The notes under the pieces are model-generated. The model ran no database searches. It was not told the origin of the DNA and saw only the letters and a program-made list of their open reading frames with translations. The position numbers and the translations under genes were made by a program. A DNA stretch of 33,887 bases from a virus (Duplodnaviria; Caudoviricetes), in IMG/VR virus record IMGVR_UViG_3300020453_000440, positions 1 to 33,887 of that record; one strand, written 5' to 3'. Positions 9,360 through 17,627 of this stretch are shown here, piece after piece; the first letter of the stretch is position 1; each line of letters starts with the position of its first letter.

Positions 9360-9848
9360 TTGGCCACACTTGTAACCACAGGGCGGGCGGGCCTGGCCGC
9401 CTCTGTCAAAGCCCGAAACATTTTCCTGGGCATCGGAGCGGGACAGACCGCGTGGGATGCCAACGGGGTTGATCCAGAAAACATCAACTCAACCGGCCTT
9501 TATGACGCTATCGGATACCGAAAAGCGGCCCAGGTCGATTTCGTTCAATCAGCGGCACAGGGTGCAATCAGTCTCCCGAGTGGACGTTATGACGTGAGCG
9601 CAACTGATACCAATTTGCTCTACTGCAAATTCACATTGGATTTTTCGGATGCGTCCACCTCCACCATTCGTGAAACTGGCATTTTCTTAGACGTTGTGAC
9701 CGGGGCAGGGTTGCCAGCTGGTCAAATGTTTTTTGATGCAGCCACAGAGGTCACCAGCTCGGGCACTCTCTATCTGATCGAGCACGTTTCAAGCATCATT
9801 CGGACCCCGGCAACTCGGGAAACGTTTGAGTTCGTTCTCACGTTCTAA
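9360..9848 (+). CDS. Baseplate/tail-fibre attachment structural protein
   Basis: TTG start with strong RBS AAGGAGGT; LVTTGRAGLA...IRETGIF pattern; position between gpI and fibre genes. Confidence 0.6.
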   Translation: MATLVTTGRAGLAASVKARNIFLGIGAGQTAWDANGVDPENINSTGLYDAIGYRKAAQVDFVQSAAQGAISLPSGRYDVSATDTNLLYCKFTLDFSDASTSTIRETGIFLDVVTGAGLPAGQMFFDAATEVTSSGTLYLIEHVSSIIRTPATRETFEFVLTF

Positions 9849-9860
9849 AGGAAAAACACC

Positions 9861-12800
9861 ATGAGCCTTCAGGGTTACTACAACCGATTTTCAGCCGCCG
9901 ATCAGTATGACGAGCTTTTGTTTCGCGCCAGCAAGGGCCTGCAGTCCGCTGAGCTAAACGAAAGCCAGGCGATCCTTTCTGATCGGATCACCAAGATTGC
10001 CAACAGTCTTTTTCAAGACGGTGCAGTTATTTCTGGCTGTCAGCCTGCTGTCAATGTGCAGACAGGCGAAGCGACAATGCAGAGCGGCACGCTCTACGTT
10101 CTGGGCGCTGTCCGCTCTGTCGACCTGGCCACCATCACAGTTCCCACCACTGGGAGCCTGCAGATTGGTGTTCGCTTGACGACGCAGACCGTCACCGAGC
10201 TTGAGAACGCCAACCTGCGTGATCCTGCACAAGGAACACGGAACTACCAAGAGCCAGGCGCCGGCCGGACAAAACGCACCCTCACTTGGGGTTGGTCTGG
10301 AGACGGCGGCACGGGTGATTTCTACGGCGTTTATGACATCCTCAACGGTGCGCTAGTCACCATCGAGGCGCCCCCCGTTCTGGACGCTGCCAAAAAGCTG
10401 GTGGCCCAATATGACCGGGACGCCAACGGCAGCTACATCGTCAGCGGGATGCAGCTGAGCGCCCTGGGCAAAGACACCACCAACAGCAACTACACGTTCA
10501 CAGTTGGCGAAGGAACGTCGAACGTCTACGGCACCAAGCTGACCAAGCCCACCGCCACCAGCCTGGCGTTCCCGATCGACCCTGAGCTGCAGACGATCAA
10601 CAATGAGCCGAAGGTTTCGGCAGGCCCCACCAGCCAGACCCTGAACGTCAACCGCTACCCCTTGGCAGCGATCAATGACGTGGTCATCACCAAAGAGGTC
10701 ACGGTCACTCTGACCCACGGCTCTTTTAGTGGCGCGCTGGATCAGCTGCCTGACACTTCAGTTCTGAGCATTCAGAGCGTGAGCCAGTCCGGCACGACTT
10801 ACTCAGCCGGCACTGATTACAACCTCACCGCTGATCAGGTCGATTGGTCGCCATCAGGCGCCGAGCCCGCACCGGGTTCAACCTATGACGTGACCTATCG
10901 GTTCCTAACCAGCACCTCGGCCACCAACATTGACCCCGACCTGGGCGCGTTTGACATTGTCGACGCCGTCGCTTCCACCCTTGTGCTGGTGGATTACGAC
11001 TGGAAGATGCCCCGCGTGGATGTCATCAGCCTCGATCCTGATGGCCTGTTTCACCGCAATAAAGGCGTTTCCACGGCCTTCAATCCGATCGCCCCAACAG
11101 TTCCATATAACGAACTGCAGATTGCTGAGTACCTGCAAACCTGGCACTCAACCAACAACCCTGAGGTCACCAACAACGGCCACAAGGTTGTTTCTGTGCG
11201 CGAACAGCGCCAGATGAAAAACGCCATTGCTGAGCTTTACGGCATCGTCGCCGAGGAAAAGCTGCAGCGAGATCTGGCGTTCAAAGAGCCCACCGCCAAA
11301 TACGGCGTTTTTGCTGATCCCCTGCTGGACGGCGACCTGCGCGACGCCGGCATCTCTCAAGATGCTGTGATCGTCAACCAAGAGCTGCAGCTGGCCATCA
11401 ACGGCGCACCTGTGCGGGCTGCTCAAAACAACGACACCCACGAACTGCTGCCCTATCAGGACGTGACCCTGATCGGTCAGGAGATGTTCACGGGCTTCAT
11501 GAAGATCAACCCTTACGGGAACTTTGATCCAATCCCCTGTGACATCACCTTGGATCCCGCTGTGGATCTCTGGGTGGTCACCGAAGAGAACACCACGTTT
11601 AGCACCCAGTCGTTCACGATTGGCGCTGGCGACCGTTCCCGCTCTTCTACCGCCACGGTGGTTGAGCTGGCCTCTGAGGTCCAGACCAACATCGCGAACC
11701 TGCGTCAGACGGTGGTTGATTTCACTATCTCTGGCTTTGACTCTGGCGAGGCGCTGTCTGACATCGCTTTTGATGGTGTCCACCTAGGAAACAACGGGGA
11801 AGTGGCAGACCTTGATGGTCTGGTCAACGGCACCTTTACCGTGCCCGCTGACATCCCCGCCGGATCTAAAGAGGTGCAGTTCCTTGGCAACCAAGGCAGC
11901 TTCGGCTCCGCGATCTACACCGGCCAAGGCACCCTCGTTCAGCGCGAGTGGAACAGCATCACCACCACCACAACGTGGCGCTGGTGGAGCCCACCGCCCC
12001 CGCCGCCGCCGGCACCCCGTCGCTGGGGTTGGGGTGACCCCCTCGCGCAGAGCTTTGTTCTGCCCGAAGGTCGCCACGTTACCGGCATCGATCTGATGTT
12101 TGCCGAGAAGGGCTCAGACGACAACGACGTTGTGGTTGACATCGTCTTGGGTGATAACGGTTTCCCGAGCGCCGACTCTGTGACCCGGACCCGGATCAAG
12201 GGCAGCGACATTACAACCTCTGGTTACACCCGCGCCACCTTCGATTTCCCGATCTACCTGGACGCCGCTCAAGAGTATTTCGTCGTCTTGATGACGAACG
12301 ACGACACCCACGCCTGCCGCATCGCAGAGCTGGGCAAATACGACACGGTCGCTCAAGAGTTTGTGACCCAACAGCCCTACACCGTGGGCGTGCTGCTCAG
12401 CAGCTCCAACGGCACCACCTGGACTGTTCACAACGACCGGGATCTCACATTCAAGCTCTACGGCGCAGAGTTCACCGCAAATTCCGCCACCATCAACCTG
12501 GGCAGCTTGACCGTCAGCAACATGACCGACCTTCTGGTTGCGGCACCTGTTGACATCCCGGCCACCAGCTCCCGCGTTACGTTCCGCTATACCCGGAGCA
12601 ACGGTGAGCAGTTCTTGCTGGCCCCTGATCAGTCGATCAGACTTGAGGCAGCAGTGAGCGACACCATGCAGGTGCAAGCCATCCTGGAGGGCACCTCTAA
12701 GGAGTCGCCCACCCTGCACCCCGGCGTTCTGAGCATCCCTGCGACGCTCGACACCGCCGGCACTTATGTGGGCCGAGAGTTCGACATTACGAACGGCGGC

Positions 12801-13046
12801 TCCACTCTTCGGATCATCTTCGAGGCGCAGCTCGCGGGCGGCGCTGGTGTCGTGCCTCAGTACGACAACGGAGGGTTCCAATCTATGGCGCTCGGTTCGG
12901 CCACCCCTGTGGGTGATGGTTGGGTTGAGTACGTCTTCGAGGACACGGGGATTGTGGCTCTGACCGCTACCCGCGTGAAACTCAACCTCACCGGAACGGC
13001 AGCAGGCCGTCCCAAAATCCGCAACATTCGCGCCGTAATGGTTTGA
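9861..13046 (+). CDS. Large tail/baseplate protein (DUF4815-like)
   Basis: YYNRF...LFRASKGLQSAELNE.Q N-terminus, LRDPAQGTRNYQEPGA, DPLAQSF motif. Confidence 0.75.
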   Translation: MSLQGYYNRFSAADQYDELLFRASKGLQSAELNESQAILSDRITKIANSLFQDGAVISGCQPAVNVQTGEATMQSGTLYVLGAVRSVDLATITVPTTGSLQIGVRLTTQTVTELENANLRDPAQGTRNYQEPGAGRTKRTLTWGWSGDGGTGDFYGVYDILNGALVTIEAPPVLDAAKKLVAQYDRDANGSYIVSGMQLSALGKDTTNSNYTFTVGEGTSNVYGTKLTKPTATSLAFPIDPELQTINNEPKVSAGPTSQTLNVNRYPLAAINDVVITKEVTVTLTHGSFSGALDQLPDTSVLSIQSVSQSGTTYSAGTDYNLTADQVDWSPSGAEPAPGSTYDVTYRFLTSTSATNIDPDLGAFDIVDAVASTLVLVDYDWKMPRVDVISLDPDGLFHRNKGVSTAFNPIAPTVPYNELQIAEYLQTWHSTNNPEVTNNGHKVVSVREQRQMKNAIAELYGIVAEEKLQRDLAFKEPTAKYGVFADPLLDGDLRDAGISQDAVIVNQELQLAINGAPVRAAQNNDTHELLPYQDVTLIGQEMFTGFMKINPYGNFDPIPCDITLDPAVDLWVVTEENTTFSTQSFTIGAGDRSRSSTATVVELASEVQTNIANLRQTVVDFTISGFDSGEALSDIAFDGVHLGNNGEVADLDGLVNGTFTVPADIPAGSKEVQFLGNQGSFGSAIYTGQGTLVQREWNSITTTTTWRWWSPPPPPPPAPRRWGWGDPLAQSFVLPEGRHVTGIDLMFAEKGSDDNDVVVDIVLGDNGFPSADSVTRTRIKGSDITTSGYTRATFDFPIYLDAAQEYFVVLMTNDDTHACRIAELGKYDTVAQEFVTQQPYTVGVLLSSSNGTTWTVHNDRDLTFKLYGAEFTANSATINLGSLTVSNMTDLLVAAPVDIPATSSRVTFRYTRSNGEQFLLAPDQSIRLEAAVSDTMQVQAILEGTSKESPTLHPGVLSIPATLDTAGTYVGREFDITNGGSTLRIIFEAQLAGGAGVVPQYDNGGFQSMALGSATPVGDGWVEYVFEDTGIVALTATRVKLNLTGTAAGRPKIRNIRAVMV

Positions 13047-13057
13047 GGTACTAATTC

Positions 13058-13738
13058 ATGACAACCGACACCAGAACAACCAACCAAAACTACGCGCTGC
13101 CGTACCCCTCAAACCTTCTGGCCGCTGATGTGGTCAGGCTGCGCGAGGCCCTGCAGGCGATCGACACAGACATGGTGGCCCGTCCTACGGCCACCGCTGT
13201 GACGGCTGAAATTGCCACTGCCATCAGCAATCTGGTGGGGGCTAGTTCCGCCGCCTTGGACACGCTCGAAGAGCTTGGACAGGCTTTGGCGGATGACTCC
13301 AATTTCGCCTCAACAGTGACAAACAACCTGGCCCTAAAGCTGGATAAAACCGGCGGGCCAGTCTCGGGGGCGGTGACGCTCCCAGCCAACCCCACCTCAG
13401 GCACGCTTCAGGCGGCTACTGCTCTTTATGTAGAGCAAGGCGGGAAACCTTGGGCTTCTGTGGATGACACAGCCAGCCCTTATGACGCGACAGCAAACAC
13501 CCGGCTTTTAGTGGACACCACTAACGGGGCTGTGACGGTCAATCTTCCTGGCTCACCAGCGACTGGCGATTATGTCGAGTTTGTTGATGCAGCCGGTAAA
13601 TTTGATGCGAACAACCTCACGGTGGGTCGCAACTCTCTAAACATCATGGGCCTTGCTGAGGACATGACTGTTGCCAAACTCAACGCCAGCTTCCGGCTGG
13701 TTTATGCAAACGCCACTCAAGGCTGGAGGATTAACTAA
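13058..13738 (+). CDS. Tail fibre protein
   Basis: LVGASSAALDTLEELGQAL.DD.NFASTVTN.LA fibre repeat and VDTTNGAVTVNLP..PATGD.V domain. Confidence 0.8.
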   Translation: MTTDTRTTNQNYALPYPSNLLAADVVRLREALQAIDTDMVARPTATAVTAEIATAISNLVGASSAALDTLEELGQALADDSNFASTVTNNLALKLDKTGGPVSGAVTLPANPTSGTLQAATALYVEQGGKPWASVDDTASPYDATANTRLLVDTTNGAVTVNLPGSPATGDYVEFVDAAGKFDANNLTVGRNSLNIMGLAEDMTVAKLNASFRLVYANATQGWRIN

Positions 13739-14931
13739 TGAGCACCCTTTCCCAATTCATGTCAGGTGGTGGCGGCGGCGGCGAAGGCCCCCGCAACGCC
13801 TGCAAAATGTGGAACTCTGCTAGCGGCGGAGCCCACAACCAAGTCAGCAGCTACTCAATCAACACCTCCGCGTACACCTGGACAGTTCCTGCGGACTTTG
13901 ACGTGAGCGTTCCGCTCCGTGTTTATGTCTGGGGCGCTGGCGGTTGCGGCGGTGAGTACGCCGGCAGCGGCAACAGCTACGGCGGCGGCGCTGGCGGCCT
14001 GGCGATTTCTGAAATCACCACCCTGACCCCTGGCGACACTGTGACCGTGACGATCGGCGCTGGCTGCCGTTCCTACAACGGCCAAGGCGGCACAAGCTCG
14101 TTCGGCAGCTTCCTGTCTGCTACTGGCGGTAACGCTGGTTACAACAACAGCAACAACCAAGGCGTCACCACATACGGTGCTGGCGGCATGGGCGTGAACG
14201 GCAACATCAGCAACTGGCGCGGCGGCTACGGCGGCTACGGCTCTACCAACTCCAGCTCTGGCCATGGTGGCGGCGGCGGTTCTGCCCCCTCCCCAGACGG
14301 TGACAAGCACGGCTTCCAGGGTGGACATGCCACTAGCTACCAAGGCGGTGGCGGTGCATCCATCAACTTCAATGGAACCTACCCCTACACCAGTTACACA
14401 TCCGTCGGTGGCTCTGGTACGGCTGGATACGGTACTTCTAGCGTTTCCGCTTCGACCTATTACGGCTACGGCGGCGCTGGCGGCGCTGGGATCCTGGGTG
14501 CAGGCGGTCGCGGTGCAAGCGTCAACAGCTACTCAAACACCGCCCAAAACACGGGCGTTGCAGGTGATGGCCAAGGCCACTCAATCTGGACGCCAAACAT
14601 GATCCTCCTCGGCGGAGGCGGAGGCGGCGGCGGCGCTGCAACCATTCATAGCTCTGAGCAAACTGGCGGCAACGGTGGTTGCGGCGGCCCTGGTGCTGGC
14701 GGCGGTAGTGCTGCTGTTTATAGCTCCGGTGCTTCTACCAGCTACATGGTTGCCGGTAACGGTGGCATGCTCGGCGGCGGCGGCGGCGCTCCTCAGTACA
14801 GCATCGGTGGCTCTGGCGGTAACGCTGGCGGCGGCGGTGGATCAGGCTATGGCGCTTACAGCGCAGATCACTGCAACCACGGCTGGGGCGGTGATGGCCT
14901 CATCTTCATCCAATACAAAATCATCTTCTGA
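13738..14931 (+). CDS. Glycine-rich fibre/adhesin protein
   Basis: WTVPA...VYVWGAGG.GG and many GGGGG/GGxGG runs ending GGDGLIFIQY; coupled to the fibre gene. Confidence 0.7.
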   Translation: MSTLSQFMSGGGGGGEGPRNACKMWNSASGGAHNQVSSYSINTSAYTWTVPADFDVSVPLRVYVWGAGGCGGEYAGSGNSYGGGAGGLAISEITTLTPGDTVTVTIGAGCRSYNGQGGTSSFGSFLSATGGNAGYNNSNNQGVTTYGAGGMGVNGNISNWRGGYGGYGSTNSSSGHGGGGGSAPSPDGDKHGFQGGHATSYQGGGGASINFNGTYPYTSYTSVGGSGTAGYGTSSVSASTYYGYGGAGGAGILGAGGRGASVNSYSNTAQNTGVAGDGQGHSIWTPNMILLGGGGGGGGAATIHSSEQTGGNGGCGGPGAGGGSAAVYSSGASTSYMVAGNGGMLGGGGGAPQYSIGGSGGNAGGGGGSGYGAYSADHCNHGWGGDGLIFIQYKIIF

Positions 14932-14942
14932 GGAGCACTGAC

Positions 14943-15368
14943 ATGAAACTTTATGCAAGATTGTTTGAGGATGGCCGGGTTGCAGAACTGCACTCTGGCG
15001 ATCCCAAAACAGATTTCTGTGCTGCTGTCGCGGACCTTTTCGTAGAGGTTCCCGAAGGCACAGGGCTTAACGACAAAAAGACTTCTAAAGGGTTTGAAAA
15101 ATACCAACCCCCTGAAGTCCCTGCGCCCCCGACGCCTGAAAGGCACCTTTCAGAAGCTGAACTCAAAAGCTTTATGACTCGTTCAGAGCGCATCGCCTAC
15201 AAGGCGGCTGCTGATTCTGATCCGATCATTGCTGACTTTGCAGAAATGGTTGCACTGCGCCCGCAAAAAGTCAAAGACGCAGACACTGTCGAGGCCATCG
15301 ACAAAATGCAGGAACTCAAGGTGCTGAGCGCAGCACGCGCGACTGAACTGAAATCATTGGAGGTTTGA
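14943..15368 (+). CDS. Hypothetical protein, possible fibre assembly chaperone
   Basis: RBS GAGGAG; position after fibre genes. Confidence 0.5.
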   Translation: MKLYARLFEDGRVAELHSGDPKTDFCAAVADLFVEVPEGTGLNDKKTSKGFEKYQPPEVPAPPTPERHLSEAELKSFMTRSERIAYKAAADSDPIIADFAEMVALRPQKVKDADTVEAIDKMQELKVLSAARATELKSLEV

Positions 15369-15371
15369 TCG

Positions 15372-16670
15372 ATGCCGGCTAACTTTCTGCACGGCGTCGA
15401 AGTTCTGGAGCTGACGCAGGGGGTTCGCCCCCTGCAGACCGTTCGATCAGCCGTTATTGGCTTGATTGGCACAGCTCCAAACGCCGACGCAACCACTTAC
15501 CCCCTGAATGAGCCTGTGCTCATTTCAGGCAGCCGCGCCAAAGCTGATTTGCTTGGCACTGGCGGCACCCTCAAAACTGCAATGGAGGGCATCTTCGATC
15601 AGATCGGTGCCACCGTTGTTGTGGTTCGAGTGGCAGAGGGCGCTGACGAGGCGGCCACTATCACCAACCTTGAGGGCGACAGCACCGCTAAAACCGGCGT
15701 CTGGGCGTTCCTCAAATCTGAGAGCACCCTGGGCATCAGCCCAAAAATTCTGATTGCTCCCGGTTACACCCACCAATGCACTCTGACCCCTGGCTCAGAA
15801 GTCGCCAACGTGGTTGTGGCCCAGTTGGTGGCCATCTCTGCCGGCTCTAACGGCGTTGGTGATCGTCTTCGCGCAATCGTCGTGGCTGACGGCCCCAACA
15901 CCACCCAGGCCGACGCGCAGGCTTACGCAGATCTGCACGTTTCTGATCGCCTCTATGTGGTCGATCCTTGGGTGAAAGTGAACAGCACCACCGTGTTGCC
16001 CGCTTCTGCTCACGTCGCTGGCGTTATTGCTAAGAGCGACGCAGAACGCGGCTTCTGGTATTCACCCAGCAACCGCATCATTCAGGGCATCGTCGGGACA
16101 TCTCGCGCTGTTGGATTCTTCCTGGGCGACGAGAACGCTGAGGCCAACATCCTCAACGAAAACGACGTGGCCACGATCGTTCGCGAAAACGGTTTCCGTC
16201 TGTGGGGCAACCACTCCACTACAGGAGATGCTCAGTATCAATTCCTGAGCACCCGCCGGATCATCGACATGGTCAACGAAAGCGTGATGCGCGCCCACCT
16301 GTGGGCCGTGGATCGCTGCATCACTCGCACTTACCTGCAAGACGTTTCGGCGTCTGTGGCGAGCTACCTGCGCAGCCTGGAAACACGCGGCGCAATCCTG
16401 GGCAGCCGGGTTCACATTGACCCCGACGCCAACAACGAAACCGACATCAGCAACGGGCAAGTCACGATCGATTTTGAGATCACCCCGACTTACCCCGCTG
16501 AGCGTGTGCGCTTCCGGTCGATCCTCACCAACGGTTTCCTAGTCAACGTTCTGACCGATTCCAACGCTGATGATGAGTCAGTGTTGAACAACGGGAACGA
16601 GAACAACCCCGGCAATCAGCAGACCGCTGATCAGTCTGGGTCTGGCGCAACCAACGACGACGACGACTGA
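15372..16670 (+). CDS. Contractile tail sheath protein (FI-like)
   Basis: FLHGVEV...VIGLIGTAP...PKILIAPG...GFWYSPSN...GFRLWGN. Confidence 0.95.
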   Translation: MPANFLHGVEVLELTQGVRPLQTVRSAVIGLIGTAPNADATTYPLNEPVLISGSRAKADLLGTGGTLKTAMEGIFDQIGATVVVVRVAEGADEAATITNLEGDSTAKTGVWAFLKSESTLGISPKILIAPGYTHQCTLTPGSEVANVVVAQLVAISAGSNGVGDRLRAIVVADGPNTTQADAQAYADLHVSDRLYVVDPWVKVNSTTVLPASAHVAGVIAKSDAERGFWYSPSNRIIQGIVGTSRAVGFFLGDENAEANILNENDVATIVRENGFRLWGNHSTTGDAQYQFLSTRRIIDMVNESVMRAHLWAVDRCITRTYLQDVSASVASYLRSLETRGAILGSRVHIDPDANNETDISNGQVTIDFEITPTYPAERVRFRSILTNGFLVNVLTDSNADDESVLNNGNENNPGNQQTADQSGSGATNDDDD

Positions 16671-16683
16671 GGAGGTCTGAACA

Positions 16684-17190
16684 ATGCTGCCACGCACTCT
16701 TAGAAATTTCTCGCTCTTTGTCGATGGGACAGGGTACGCAGGGAAAGTCACTGAACTGACTCTGCCCACCCTTTCCATTCAGGCTGAGGAATACAGAGCC
16801 GGAGGGCTCGACGCCCCCATTGCCATCGACATGGGCATGGAGGCACTCACGGCCAGTTTCACCCTGGCTGAATATGACCCAGAGATCCTCAAGCTCTTTG
16901 GCCTTTATGACCAGAACGCGCTTGAGATGACCGCTCGCGGGGCACTCCAACGCAACGGCGACACTGACGCCGTGGCCATTGAAGTGAACCTCACTGGATC
17001 GATCACCAACTTTGACCCCGGCGCTTTCGAGGCCGGCTCAATGACTGAGGCAAGCTTCGAGGTGGCGGTGCGCTATTACAAGCTCACCATCGCCGCCGAA
17101 GTTCTGCATGAGATCGATGTGGAGAACATGAAGCGGATCATCAACGGTGAGGATCAACTCGAATCCGTCCGCACCGCCATGGGAATCTGA
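16684..17190 (+). CDS. Tail tube protein (FII-like)
   Basis: LPRTLRNFSLFVDG.GY.G...EEYRAGGLD.PI.IDMGME...YYKL...EIDVENM. Confidence 0.95.
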   Translation: MLPRTLRNFSLFVDGTGYAGKVTELTLPTLSIQAEEYRAGGLDAPIAIDMGMEALTASFTLAEYDPEILKLFGLYDQNALEMTARGALQRNGDTDAVAIEVNLTGSITNFDPGAFEAGSMTEASFEVAVRYYKLTIAAEVLHEIDVENMKRIINGEDQLESVRTAMGI

Positions 17191-17193
17191 TAG

Positions 17194-17469
17194 ATGGCAT
17201 CAAAAGCGCGCCCTACAGAAACCATCGAACTGACCTACTCGGTCGAGATTGATGGGGTGTCGGTCGACTCTCTAACGATGAGGCGGCCGACCGTTCGCGA
17301 TCAGATGATCATTGACAAAGCAAAAGGCACCGACACAGAAAAGGCGGTGAAGTTTTTCGCCAACCTGTGCGAAGTTTCACCGTCAACGATTGAGTCTCTG
17401 GACACTGTCGATTTCACAAAGCTGTCGGATGTTCTCTCGGATTTCCAGTCTCCCCAGTCGGCGACTTAA
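17194..17469 (+). CDS. Tail assembly chaperone (gpE-like)
   Basis: LTMRRPTVRD...FANLCEV...LDTVDF; sits between tube and tape measure. Confidence 0.9.
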   Translation: MASKARPTETIELTYSVEIDGVSVDSLTMRRPTVRDQMIIDKAKGTDTEKAVKFFANLCEVSPSTIESLDTVDFTKLSDVLSDFQSPQSAT

Positions 17470-17624
17470 GGCGTGGCGTTGTCATCCTTGCGAAACTGAC
17501 CGGCTGGGGGCTCGATGAGATCTTGGATCTCACCACTGACGATCTCCTAGCCTGGGTGAAAACAGCTCAGGAGGTGGAAAAGGAAATTTCAAAAACAGCT
17601 AAGGCCGCACAAAGGAGGGGCTAA
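17439..17624 (+). CDS. gpE'-like extension reached by -1 frameshift (E+E' fusion, ~143 aa)
   Basis: Slippery G GAT TTC at 17439-17445; the -1 frame reads ...LRRGVVILAKLTGWGLDEILDLTTDDLLAWVKTAQE... and stops at 17624, 3 nt before the tape measure ATG. Not in the ORF track. Confidence 0.8.
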   Translation, partial: GFPVSPVGDLRRGVVILAKLTGWGLDEILDLTTDDLLAWVKTAQEVEKEISKTAKAAQRRG

Positions 17625-17627
17625 GCC

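Noticed and set aside
7453-9375. 640-aa +1-frame ORF overlapping gpI
   Set aside because: Ser/Thr/Pro/Arg-rich composition typical of a shadow frame, with no RBS or motifs. The length is notable, but there is no positive support.
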